DNA of 64,000 nt from a virus: positions 1-64,000 of the IMG/VR virus record IMGVR_UViG_3300008114_000040; one strand, written 5' to 3'. Both the position numbers and the translations under genes were made by a program. Numbering within the stretch: the first letter of the stretch is position 1; every line of letters starts with the position of its first letter. Below the pieces are notes generated by a model. It did not search any database and was not told the origin of the DNA. It saw nothing but the letters and a program-made list of their open reading frames with translations. This document shows positions 43,305-52,800 of the stretch, one piece after another.

Positions 43305-44312
43305 TTACTTTTTTGTTTTAAATTTTGTTTTTTCTTTTCTTGTTAGTTTTAAAAATGGTTTTAAAAAATAAACCCACTGATCATCTCCCTTGGGTAGATA
43401 TTTAAATAATCCGTCCTCCATCATCATCCGAATTAAGTTTTTATACCCTCTTCCGTCAGGATCCAATGACTCAGAATAATATAATTTAACCAATTCCTTT
43501 CCTTCTTCACTTATTAGTGGTTCGGACAAATCCACTATCTTTTTGTTTACTTCAAAAAACTCATCACCAAATATCCCCTCCTTTGTTCGCCCAGTTAAAA
43601 GGTTCTTTAATGTGGTGTTGTCCTTTTGTTCTTTCAGTAAATCCTCACCTCTTTTTAAAATATCGGAAAAACTTATTTCTTTTTCAAGTATCTCAGGAAA
43701 TAACTTTACAAAAGTTTTTTCTCCAAGATAATAAATCCCATTAATATTGTCGGATTTGTCACCAGAAATAATTTTAAAAGTTTTTACATTGTAGTGTGGA
43801 ATCTCAATGGAGTTCATTTTGATTGTATCCCCCTTTTTATAATACTTCTTGGTGTTTGGTGAGTAAATGGTCACATCTTCCGAAATAAGTTGTGTAAGGT
43901 CTCTATCCGCACTGAAAATCGTTTTTGATTCATCCTTTGCAATTTTACAATAATAGGCAATTAAATCATCGGCTTCCGAATTTTCAAACTCAACTTGTCT
44001 AACGAACATTTCTTCCAAATATTGTTTAACTCGTTGTTTTTGTTTGTTATAAGATAACTCCAGATTTTCATCCTCAGATCTTTTTCTATTTAACTTATAG
44101 TTTGGATATACCATTCGTCTTTGTGATGAACTTGTTTCACCATCCCAAAACACAACGGTTTTGTTGAAGTTATCTTCATCAATGAACCTACGTAAGGTAT
44201 TTAAAAAGTGCCAAATACCACCAACGTGTTCAACACCATTGAAATATCCTTTAACACCATAAAAACCAATCGTTAAAAGGTTGTCACCGTCAACCAATAA
44301 GGTTTTAGTCAT
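43305..44312 (-). CDS. 5'-3' exonuclease / flap endonuclease (T4 RNase H-like)
   Basis: LLVDGDN, VFWDG, YPNYKLNR, EADDLIA, SADRDLTQL and GDKSDNINGI..LGEKT. Confidence 0.92.
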   Translation of the reverse strand: MTKTLLVDGDNLLTIGFYGVKGYFNGVEHVGGIWHFLNTLRRFIDEDNFNKTVVFWDGETSSSQRRMVYPNYKLNRKRSEDENLELSYNKQKQRVKQYLEEMFVRQVEFENSEADDLIAYYCKIAKDESKTIFSADRDLTQLISEDVTIYSPNTKKYYKKGDTIKMNSIEIPHYNVKTFKIISGDKSDNINGIYYLGEKTFVKLFPEILEKEISFSDILKRGEDLLKEQKDNTTLKNLLTGRTKEGIFGDEFFEVNKKIVDLSEPLISEEGKELVKLYYSESLDPDGRGYKNLIRMMMEDGLFKYLPKGDDQWVYFLKPFLKLTRKEKTKFKTKK

Positions 44313-46386
44313 TGATTATTTCATTAAGGGGGTTTGACAATACTGGTTTGTTTTTTGAAATATAATCTGAGAAGAACTCAGAAAAAATAGCTTCCATTAC
44401 CGGGACACAAATTGAGTTTCCGGCCAAAGATACGTGGGCGGTGTTTGATAACGATGTTGATAGTAACAAATCAATGTCTTCTTCTTTAACACCCATAAAC
44501 CGATAACCTTCCCTTGCGGTGATTGTTCTTACACGACCGTCTTCTGTCATAATTTGGGGTGAACCACTTGTCGTTAAAGTTGGGGAACATCCGTCAACCG
44601 AATAAATCCTTCTGGCTTGATCATAACTTATGTCATCCCTTCTTGCGATTAATCTACAAATGGTATCTTTTTTTGGTTGATGAGGTGTGTAATTACAATC
44701 AACAATTAAGTCGGGATTAAAATTTTCATCAATAAATGAACGCATCGGAACTCTCGGTTTTTTGTGATTGTTTACATTTTCCATTTTTTGTTTGACCTCG
44801 TCTGAGTCTCCGTGTAATACTGAAATCATAAAAACACGTTCTCTATTTTGGGGACAACCAAAATCAGCTCCGTTTAAAAGTTTCCAATAAGATGTGTAAC
44901 CTAGACCTCGTAAGTAATAGATGTGTTTTTGAAAGTTATCAATGTGATTTTTGGAAACAAGGTTTTTGACATTTTCCATAAGTAGATACTTCGGTCTGTT
45001 AGTTGAAAGGATTCTCTCAACATCAAACAATAATCCACTTCTTGTCCCTTCTTTTATCCCTTGTTGATTTCCAGAAATTGAAATATCTTGACAATTATGG
45101 GCAATACAACCATTAGCGGTAAAAGAGTGATCCTCTTCAACTTCAATATCATAAACAAAATCACTAGTCAATGTATTTTCAACATCTATCACTTTAGACC
45201 AAACATATCCGTTATCATAAAATATTTTATTTCTTTTTATTTCCCCTATTTTGAATCTTATTTCGTATGATGGTCTTTGATTAACGACTCTATTTTCAAT
45301 GATACAAGTTGGGGGTCTTTCTGATCTATAAATGGAATATGGTACCCGATACACTTTACTAACGCATTGTGCAATACCATAAATTAACTCCCTACTAGTA
45401 CTTGAAATACTATTAGTATTGTCTTTTTTAACGTTCCCATCAGCAGAAAAATATCCCTCAATAAAAGACTCCAATAAATTCGTAGGTAAATCTAAAACAG
45501 TATTATTTAGATGTTTACCGTGTGCGTATTTTCCAAACTGAGACACAAATAAACCTATTTCTTTTTTTGGTAAATGTATCTTATATGTTGACCCATCTCT
45601 AACAACTGTTGCGTTAAATTGTAATTTTTCTAATCTTTCACTAATTTCTTTAAGTTCTTTGTCATTTCTGTTTGTACAACAAATTATTATACCTCCTTGG
45701 TGTCTTAACCAACCATCACCAATGTATCTTCCAATTACCCACCAAAAATCTTTATTATCCATATAACTAGATAATTCATTTTTGTGTCTTGTTTTTCTAC
45801 CATCTTTCCACTTAAAACTAATACCATCCCATTTAGGAATAATACTATTTTGATTAATAGCAACCCCAAGATAGTCATTACTTGTTAAATCTTTACACTC
45901 TTTCCAGTGTGGTTCTGTTATATTATTTTTATCACCGTCTATCTTAGTTCTAACATAAAATCTATGATTTTCAGTTGTTTTTAACTCATTAAATATAGGT
46001 GATTTTATTTTCCATATTTCTTTTTTTCCTTGTTCAAATTTATTTGTAACTTTTTTGTATGTGTTAGTATGTGTTAAAACTAAATCATTAATTTCAACAT
46101 CTATAATATTTTTGTGTCCAGTACTAGTTAAAACAAGTGTATCCTTAGTAAAACATGGGAAGGAGTATGTTAATAAATCACATTCTGGGAATTTTGTTTC
46201 ATCAATTTTTTTAATATCACCCAAATTACCATTTGTCGTTTTATGTAAAACGTCATAACATTCATTGGCTGGTCTGAAATTATCACAATTAGAAACAACT
46301 TCATAATTAACACCTAAATATTTAAGTGCTAGCTCCTGTGTTCCGTAACCGGAAAATAATGATATTACTTTTAACTTTTTGTCCAT
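44305..46386 (-). CDS. DNA (cytosine-5) methyltransferase containing an intein
   Basis: Motif I LFSGYG, motif IV SFP|CQDIS split by the intein, motif VI MENVKNL, motif VIII PQNRERVF and motif X AGNSICV. Confidence 0.93.
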   Translation of the reverse strand: MDKKLKVISLFSGYGTQELALKYLGVNYEVVSNCDNFRPANECYDVLHKTTNGNLGDIKKIDETKFPECDLLTYSFPCFTKDTLVLTSTGHKNIIDVEINDLVLTHTNTYKKVTNKFEQGKKEIWKIKSPIFNELKTTENHRFYVRTKIDGDKNNITEPHWKECKDLTSNDYLGVAINQNSIIPKWDGISFKWKDGRKTRHKNELSSYMDNKDFWWVIGRYIGDGWLRHQGGIIICCTNRNDKELKEISERLEKLQFNATVVRDGSTYKIHLPKKEIGLFVSQFGKYAHGKHLNNTVLDLPTNLLESFIEGYFSADGNVKKDNTNSISSTSRELIYGIAQCVSKVYRVPYSIYRSERPPTCIIENRVVNQRPSYEIRFKIGEIKRNKIFYDNGYVWSKVIDVENTLTSDFVYDIEVEEDHSFTANGCIAHNCQDISISGNQQGIKEGTRSGLLFDVERILSTNRPKYLLMENVKNLVSKNHIDNFQKHIYYLRGLGYTSYWKLLNGADFGCPQNRERVFMISVLHGDSDEVKQKMENVNNHKKPRVPMRSFIDENFNPDLIVDCNYTPHQPKKDTICRLIARRDDISYDQARRIYSVDGCSPTLTTSGSPQIMTEDGRVRTITAREGYRFMGVKEEDIDLLLSTSLSNTAHVSLAGNSICVPVMEAIFSEFFSDYISKNKPVLSNPLNEIIND
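45094..46155 (-). mobile_element. Intein with LAGLIDADG homing endonuclease (354 aa), canonical class 1
   Basis: Starts CFTKDTLVLT, block B TTENHRF, ends VYDIEVEEDHSFTANGCIAHN|C. LAGLIDADG motifs VIGRYIGDG and FIEGYFSADG. Confidence 0.93.
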
Positions 46387-46399
46387 TTGTTTTTTTTTA

Positions 46400-46629
46400 T
46401 AATAAAAATATAGTATTTTTTTGTATCAATCAATTTTCGTTTCCATTTTTAATATATTCCTTCAATAGTTTATTAACTAGGGAAGAAAGATTAATGGATT
46501 TGTCTTTAAAATGTTGTGGAATATACGGTTCAACCGTGACACCAATTTTAACTTTTTTTTCCTCGTCTTTAATTTTTTTTCTTCCCATATATTAATAAAT
46601 ATCAGTAAAATAATAAAAATATAGAATTT
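46400..46629. repeat. 19-bp near-perfect direct repeat flanking the RHH-like ORF
   Basis: TAATAAAAATATAGtATTT (46400-46418) and TAATAAAAATATAGaATTT (46611-46629). Confidence 0.6.
46430..46588 (-). CDS. Small ribbon-helix-helix-like DNA-binding protein (52 aa)
   Basis: Below the ORF-track cutoff: MGRKKIKDEEKKVKIGVTVEPYIPQHFKDKSINLSSLVNKLLKEYIKNGNEN. Beta-strand KVKIGVTV plus NLSSLVNKLLKEY helix is an RHH/CopG-like pattern. A TATTTAT motif lies just upstream. Confidence 0.65.
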   Translation of the reverse strand: MGRKKIKDEEKKVKIGVTVEPYIPQHFKDKSINLSSLVNKLLKEYIKNGNEN

Positions 46630-46640
46630 ATAGAATTTTT

Positions 46641-47624
46641 TTATTCAAAATCATCATTTTTTGACTCTTCTAAAGTGAATTCATTTCCACCCATTTTATT
46701 TGCCCAATAATCTGAATAGTCTTTTTTATACTTATCAAGAGCTTCTTTTGTATCACCAATAAACCCATTATGAACAGCAATTATTTTAGAATCCTTAAAA
46801 CCTAAACCATTAACGTGGTTTTTCAATATAGATATTTTAGTTCGTATTGCAAATGAAATTTTTCTACCATTTTTTGTTGCGTCAATATGTGAAACCCCTG
46901 CTTTTTTTTGATTACCAAATAAAAACACCAAGGAACTTGCTAACCAAACGGCAGTACCTCCTTTTGCTTGGATTTCAGGCTGACCAAAAGGATTATCAGG
47001 GAGTAATACCCATGGTTGGTTCAAAATAACTAAAGTATTATAATAAGGGTAATCCTCTTTTTTAGATTTTGTAATTCTAGAATGTATACCCATTCCGATC
47101 TTATCAGCTAATACCTTCGCATTAAACATTCCACCACCCTTACCATCGTATGTCATCTGACATGGGATACTACCAATGCTATCCCATAAAAATAACAAAT
47201 TATACGGTATATCACCTTTCTCCTGTGCATCTAAAACATCATTTATAAAATCCGTAGCTTGTTCAATAACATCAAAAGAATCGTTAAAAATAAACATACC
47301 TTCCCATTCCCCATCTTCGTTTTTTTTAGCGTCTAATCCTAACTCAACGGCATGATCCCAAGACCATTTTTTTTCGGTGATTATAAACACCGGTAAATGT
47401 CCCTTACGTTGGGCATCGGTTGCTGCCAAAATCATTGCAGTGGTCTTTCCAGCATTACTGTGCCCTAAAAACATTGAAATTCCCCCCATTACAGGTCCAG
47501 GTAATCCACACGCATCCATAAAGGCTTCTCCACAATTATAAAACTGGGTTTCCTTGTATTTTGTTTTTGTGGAAAATTTATTTTTTATATCATTAAAATT
47601 GATTTCCTTCTTCTTGATTGCCAT
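46641..47624 (-). CDS. RecA/UvsX-like recombinase
   Basis: Walker A GHSNAGKTT, ITEKKW, Walker B LFLWDSIG, ILNQ, KGGTA and ILKNHV. Confidence 0.88.
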   Translation of the reverse strand: MAIKKKEINFNDIKNKFSTKTKYKETQFYNCGEAFMDACGLPGPVMGGISMFLGHSNAGKTTAMILAATDAQRKGHLPVFIITEKKWSWDHAVELGLDAKKNEDGEWEGMFIFNDSFDVIEQATDFINDVLDAQEKGDIPYNLLFLWDSIGSIPCQMTYDGKGGGMFNAKVLADKIGMGIHSRITKSKKEDYPYYNTLVILNQPWVLLPDNPFGQPEIQAKGGTAVWLASSLVFLFGNQKKAGVSHIDATKNGRKISFAIRTKISILKNHVNGLGFKDSKIIAVHNGFIGDTKEALDKYKKDYSDYWANKMGGNEFTLEESKNDDFE

Positions 47625-47907
47625 CTTGTTTTGTTTGTTCGTTTAATATTTTTAACATATCTTCGGTGATTTCAAATTTCTCGTCCTTTTTGATGTTATA
47701 CCTATAGACCGTTTCCAACATTTCAAGTTTGTCCTTTGCGTTTGTCATCTTCTCAACAAACCTATCCATTTCCTCCAAATGTTGTGGGTGTTCACCAATC
47801 CCAACTGAGTTATTGAAGTAAACCAATAATGTGGCTTCAGCTTCAGCCATTTCTGACCTATATTTCAAGGTCAGAGCTTCGTACATCTTTTGTGCTATCT
47901 TATTCAT
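47593..47907 (-). CDS. Hypothetical phage protein
   Basis: 104 aa with an NSVGIGEHP motif typical of small T4-like/cyanophage hypotheticals. Confidence 0.65.
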   Translation of the reverse strand: MNKIAQKMYEALTLKYRSEMAEAEATLLVYFNNSVGIGEHPQHLEEMDRFVEKMTNAKDKLEMLETVYRYNIKKDEKFEITEDMLKILNEQTKQDGNQEEGNQF

Positions 47908-47919
47908 GGCTAACTATTT

Positions 47920-48771
47920 TTAGAAAGGTAAGTCCTCAGAGGGTTCATCATTTGCTTGTGGGTCAACAACCACCACTTCTTCTTCTTTTTGTGCACCACC
48001 CAATGAGATTTCGGCTTCTTCACCATAAACATATTTTTTAAGTTCAGAGTTCCAAATTGGCGTTTCACCAACCGCTACCGCTTCCAAATATTCAACTGGT
48101 TTTTTGGAGTATACATCATTCCAAGTTAACTCATCTTGTAACCAACCTTCTTTGATTTCTTTATCTTCGTGAAGTGGTGATGGGTCATCGTACATAATTG
48201 TTTGAATAACCGTGTACTCTTTTCCTTGTGGTGTTTTTGCTTTGATTAATTCAATGATGAGGTCTCTACCTTTTTCTGAATCGGTTACGTCACCTTTGGC
48301 TTTCCAAATTGGAAGGATTTTGTCAAGTACACCTTCTTGTTTGTAATTGTGTTTGAATCTCCAAAATTTAACGCCATCTTGTTCATTGTCTCTGTCAATA
48401 ACTTTAACAATGTAAAATAAACGTGCTCTGTATTGTGATGCCAAATCTTTATCCTCTTTTTTTCCGGTTTGAATAAGTTCATTGTAAACTTCCGTTAAAG
48501 GCGATCTTTCGTTGTCATTTTTGTCTGGGTCATACAACTTAACCCATTGCCCATTAACTTGAATCTCGTGATACCAAACCTCAACGAATGGCGATGAACC
48601 ATCTTTTGTTGGTAAAATTCTAATTCTTTTTTGGGCTGATTTTTCATTCTTCTGAAGGATTGCTGAAAAATACTTTTTCATTCTGTCCTCTTGTGAAATG
48701 TTTTGTCTTTGTGAACTCGGTTGTGAGTTCTTTTCGTACTGTGCCAGTACCGCATCAATTGAGTTTGCCAT
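47920..48771 (-). CDS. Single-stranded DNA-binding protein (T4 gp32-like)
   Basis: IRILP...PFVEVWYH, KVIDRD...GVKFW, DSEKGRDL and acidic C-terminal tail ending DLPF. Confidence 0.85.
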   Translation of the reverse strand: MANSIDAVLAQYEKNSQPSSQRQNISQEDRMKKYFSAILQKNEKSAQKRIRILPTKDGSSPFVEVWYHEIQVNGQWVKLYDPDKNDNERSPLTEVYNELIQTGKKEDKDLASQYRARLFYIVKVIDRDNEQDGVKFWRFKHNYKQEGVLDKILPIWKAKGDVTDSEKGRDLIIELIKAKTPQGKEYTVIQTIMYDDPSPLHEDKEIKEGWLQDELTWNDVYSKKPVEYLEAVAVGETPIWNSELKKYVYGEEAEISLGGAQKEEEVVVVDPQANDEPSEDLPF

Positions 48772-48809
48772 AGATTTTTGTTTTAAATTTTTATCTCTTT
48801 TATCTATAA

Positions 48810-48840
48810 CAAGTATAAGTGATTTTTTGGTATTGTCAAA
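48810..48840 (-). promoter_or_regulatory. Host-RNAP-type promoter for the replication block
   Basis: Minus strand TTTGACAATACCAAAAAATCACTTATACTTG. It reads as TTGACA-N16-TATACT (sigma70) and as TTTG-N19-TATACTTG (Bacteroidota -33/-7 consensus TAnnTTTG, one mismatch). Confidence 0.7.
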
Positions 48841-48842
48841 TG

Positions 48843-48870
48843 AAAAAGGGAACCTTGTGAGTTCCCTTTC
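48843..48870 (-). terminator. Rho-independent terminator upstream of the replication block
   Basis: Minus strand AAAGGGAAC-TCACAAG-GTTCCCTTT then TT. Confidence 0.8.
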
Positions 48871-48886
48871 TTTAATTATTCTTTAA

Positions 48887-49534
48887 TTATTCTTCTTCAG
48901 TCTCGTCGTAAATATTAAAGGTTTTTTTAACTTCATTTGGTGAAAAATTCTCAACCTCATCAGATGTTAAAACATATTCATTCTTTCCTGACTTTTCCAT
49001 TTCAACTTGTTTGTCGTCAAAAAAATCTGTTAATTTTTGATTGTATGGATACGAATCAAGAGATCTCAACATTAATTTTTCTTCTGGCGTTTTGTCTCTG
49101 TATTTATCAAACTTTGACTCAAGGTTTTGAATTCTGTTTAATATTTCATCCATTCCTTCCAGTTTTGATTGTAAATCGTCTAACCTTCTGAACATACTAT
49201 CCATAAACGCCTCTTGTTTATCTTTAATATCCATTTGGGTTGTAACCAAATCTGTAATATCAATTTCTTCTTCACCGCCTTCTGGTGTTGTTTCCTCGGC
49301 TCCGATTTCTTCAACATCCGGATCTGTTGCCACATCAACTGGCTCTGGAACTTCAGTTCCCGTTGGTGGTGTTTCTCCTGGTGTTGGTGGTGGTGTGTCG
49401 GTTGCTGGTGGTGTATCCGCTAAACCAGGTTCTGGTACTGGTGGTAAAGCCGGTGGTTCTTGTTCATTTAATACATATGTATTAATCTGATTGAACCTTT
49501 TTAATTCCTCCAATATTTTTCTATCTAAACTCAT
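48887..49534 (-). CDS. Acidic, Pro-rich/coiled-coil hypothetical protein
   Basis: 215 aa with a PPALPP..TPPPTPGETPP low-complexity region followed by a coiled coil. Confidence 0.65.
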   Translation of the reverse strand: MSLDRKILEELKRFNQINTYVLNEQEPPALPPVPEPGLADTPPATDTPPPTPGETPPTGTEVPEPVDVATDPDVEEIGAEETTPEGGEEEIDITDLVTTQMDIKDKQEAFMDSMFRRLDDLQSKLEGMDEILNRIQNLESKFDKYRDKTPEEKLMLRSLDSYPYNQKLTDFFDDKQVEMEKSGKNEYVLTSDEVENFSPNEVKKTFNIYDETEEE

Positions 49535-49546
49535 TTTTAATTTTTA

Positions 49547-49774
49547 TTAACCGTTTAATAGTGTTTTAACACCAGCTGGAGTCTCAACTCTTAATGTTCT
49601 GTTTGTTTGCATTGTGTTGTCCACTCTTTCAATCAAACCATCTTTCATTCTAATTACATAACAATCACCGGTATCCAAGTCACATACTTGTTTGTGATTG
49701 TCGTCTATTTGTTTTTCAGATACTCTTGTATCCTTTCTCAAATAATTATCCAATAACATTTTAATATTACTCAT
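49547..49774 (-). CDS. Small hypothetical protein
   Basis: 75 aa with CDLDTGDC; TATTTAT motif upstream. Confidence 0.65.
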   Translation of the reverse strand: MSNIKMLLDNYLRKDTRVSEKQIDDNHKQVCDLDTGDCYVIRMKDGLIERVDNTMQTNRTLRVETPAGVKTLLNG

Positions 49775-49800
49775 AACGTTTTTTCTATATAAATATATCG

Positions 49801-52800
49801 TTAATTGAAAAACTTCTTAAACGCGGTCTCGTATTTTTTCATATATGATAAATAAGCGTCATAAATGTTTTTATTTTGTGGTTTTATTTTTTCATCGTAC
49901 CTTTGTTTGAACTCAATATACTGTTTAGGTAATGTTGTGTAAAAACCGGTACCTCCACCATCTTTTATATACCACGTCTGATCCCAGAACAACGTAAATA
50001 CTGTATATGCTTGAGCATATTTTTTGGCTTGTGTTAACTCAGTACTATTATTCACCCATGTATTAATATAATCAACGTATTGTTGTGTAACGCCAGCGTA
50101 GAAGTCTAAGGAATCTTGATAACTATTAAAATTAAAATACGGGTACGGTGTTGTAATAATAGTTGTAGTCGCACAAACCTTTCCAGTCACTAGTTGTAAT
50201 ATAGAGTCTGTATAATCATTAAATGCTCCACTACCATATAAATTGTAATTAAATGATGTTATGACATTCTTATCAATTGAATTAAGTGGTTGTGTTTTAA
50301 CAATACCATAGTATAACGGTTTTAAAACAGCATCTATTGATGAATTTGAAACTAATTCAAATAATTCATTTTCAGTTATTTGTGTGGTTTTTAGGTCAAC
50401 ATATGGTAACGTATTGTATTTTTCAAGTTCAAATTTTTGACACTCTGGTTCACTACCTTTAATGGCTCCAGGAGTTTTTGGTGAAATAGTTTCAGATAAA
50501 TTTGTTACTACTGGTGTTTCCGATGTTTTAAGGGTTTGTATTATCAAATCTTTATAATACTTAACATAATTTTTTTCTACAGCTTCAAGTAAACTATTAG
50601 GTTTAGGTAAAGTATATAGTGGCATCCTAACCCCTTTAAATTGTGTATCAAATTTACCAGGACTAATACTATGATTGACTTCCATAATCCAATACGGACC
50701 ATAAAATAATGGGACGTGTCTTAAATTAAAATACATCGTAGGTTGGATCATAGCATCACCCATACAATCAATTGTACAGGTATATGATCTAGTTTTATAA
50801 ATACTATATAATGATACCGTTTGTTGAGCCACTTTGTTACCAGAAGCAGATTCACCAAGTTGTGTTATTAATTTGTTAGACTCTGCCGTATTTTTTTTCT
50901 CTGACATATCAAGTTGGACACTTTTGAATATACTTTGGTTTTGGGTTCCGTAATCAACTGAAAAACCAACAACTCTATTGACTTTGGAAAAATCGGTCTC
51001 AGGCCCATACGATGTACTTATAGGGTTGTCATATTTTCTCAAGTCAAACGCATCATCCCTAAATTTAACGAACTTCGCTTCACTTGCGACATGTTCCGAT
51101 GGTTTACCAACATATACACATAAAAACTTAGGTCGTGAGTCCATATAATCCACATCTAAATAGGTTCCGAACATTGAATTTGGTATTTCAACAGGTATCG
51201 GAGTATTTTGTCTCACCGCTTCTTGAATCCCATAAAAATTAACGTATGCTGGCATAGCAAAAAATATGAAATTATTTTTTTCTAGTATTTTACTAACAAG
51301 GTCTAAGTAATTTTTATTTGGGTCTGTTAAAAAACTTTCTAAATCACTTACTGATATTGTAAACTGATCACCAATATCCCTATTTGCTCTATCAAAAAAT
51401 AAGAAATCTTCAAAAATCGTTTTGTTTTTAAAATCACTTCCGGCAATCCACTTATCGTTCATTGTCTTTAATGTCGTATAATATTCCAACTTAACAACGT
51501 TCCCAGATGTGGTACTATTAACCACATTTGTTTTAACCTTAACTTCTTCTAAATTTTTATTTAAAAAAGATATTATTTCATTTAACACATAACTATTAAA
51601 AGTATTTTGTTCAACAACAAAACTATTAATTAATTGAATAAATTTAATTTTGTTAAAGGTACTATCTTTTAATTTTTCTTTTGCATATAATCTTATAAGT
51701 GGGTATAATGTTTCAATACTTGAAACACTAAACTCTATGTCGTTGTCAATAAAAAATGAAGTTATTGCCGAACCATTATTTGTGTATTTTATCCCTGTTT
51801 GATCAAAATCACCTATGTATTTTTTAAGTGTTTTCCATTCTAAACCATTTGCAGCTTGACTCAATAATAAAGCATTAGGACCTGTCAAAACACCGTCACC
51901 TGGTAAGGTTCCACTAATATATTTTGGTAATGGAGAAAAACTAATAGGTTTAAAATTTGGATTACTACTAAAATAGTTAAAGGTTTTTCTATTGAAGTTT
52001 CCTGGATTTCCCATTTTCAAAACACAATCAAAATTTAAAAGTTCAACAACTTTAGCCATAAAATTTTTGGTTTGTGCTTCGGCTAATAATTTTCCATCCA
52101 AAATTTCTTGGTTTGTTAATGTGACTGAATTTTTTGGTAATAAATAAAGAGATTCTATTTGGTACAATAATTTTTTCTGCCCAACATTTTTTACTTTACC
52201 CGGTGTATCTGTTGTTGCTTGTGTTTGTTCCCCAAACAAAACCATATCAGATATCACATCTTTTGGGTTACAAAAATTTAAAAACAACTTTTCAAACTCA
52301 TCCAATATTTTTGGTTCAAACACCGCAAAAATTTCATCAATTTTTGAATAAGTGGATTGACTATCTTTAAGTTCAAACGGTGTTTGTGGTGTATTATCGG
52401 TATAAATAGTTTTTAAATATTCATTATAATTCGGTTTTTTTATCAAACTATTATCAAAATAACCAAAGTTTGAAACACCCCACAATGACCTTACCGACCC
52501 ATTATACAGTGCATTATTATTAAATACTTCTTTTGTGATTTTATCCAAATCATTAAAACACTCGTATTCCGCTTGGTTAATATTTAAACCACCCATACTA
52601 GGTACCAAAAGATAATTGTCAGTATCGCCATTTGGTGTTTTAAAAAATTGATAATAATTTTTAATTGTAAGTTGTCTTATTGGATCTGTTAAATCAAACC
52701 CAGGTAAAAAAGTTCTTGTGTAACTGTTTGAGACAACTAAACCATTTTCTACACTTTCATTCTGAAAATTCGTTACGGATGGGTTTTGTAATATGTCAAG

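Noticed and set aside
41132-46155. Both inteins are exactly 354 aa
   Set aside because: The sequences and splicing classes differ, and this length is typical for LAGLIDADG inteins; treated as coincidence.
44305-46386. Complete restriction-modification system
   Set aside because: No cognate endonuclease is adjacent; the flanking nucleases are replication/recombination enzymes.
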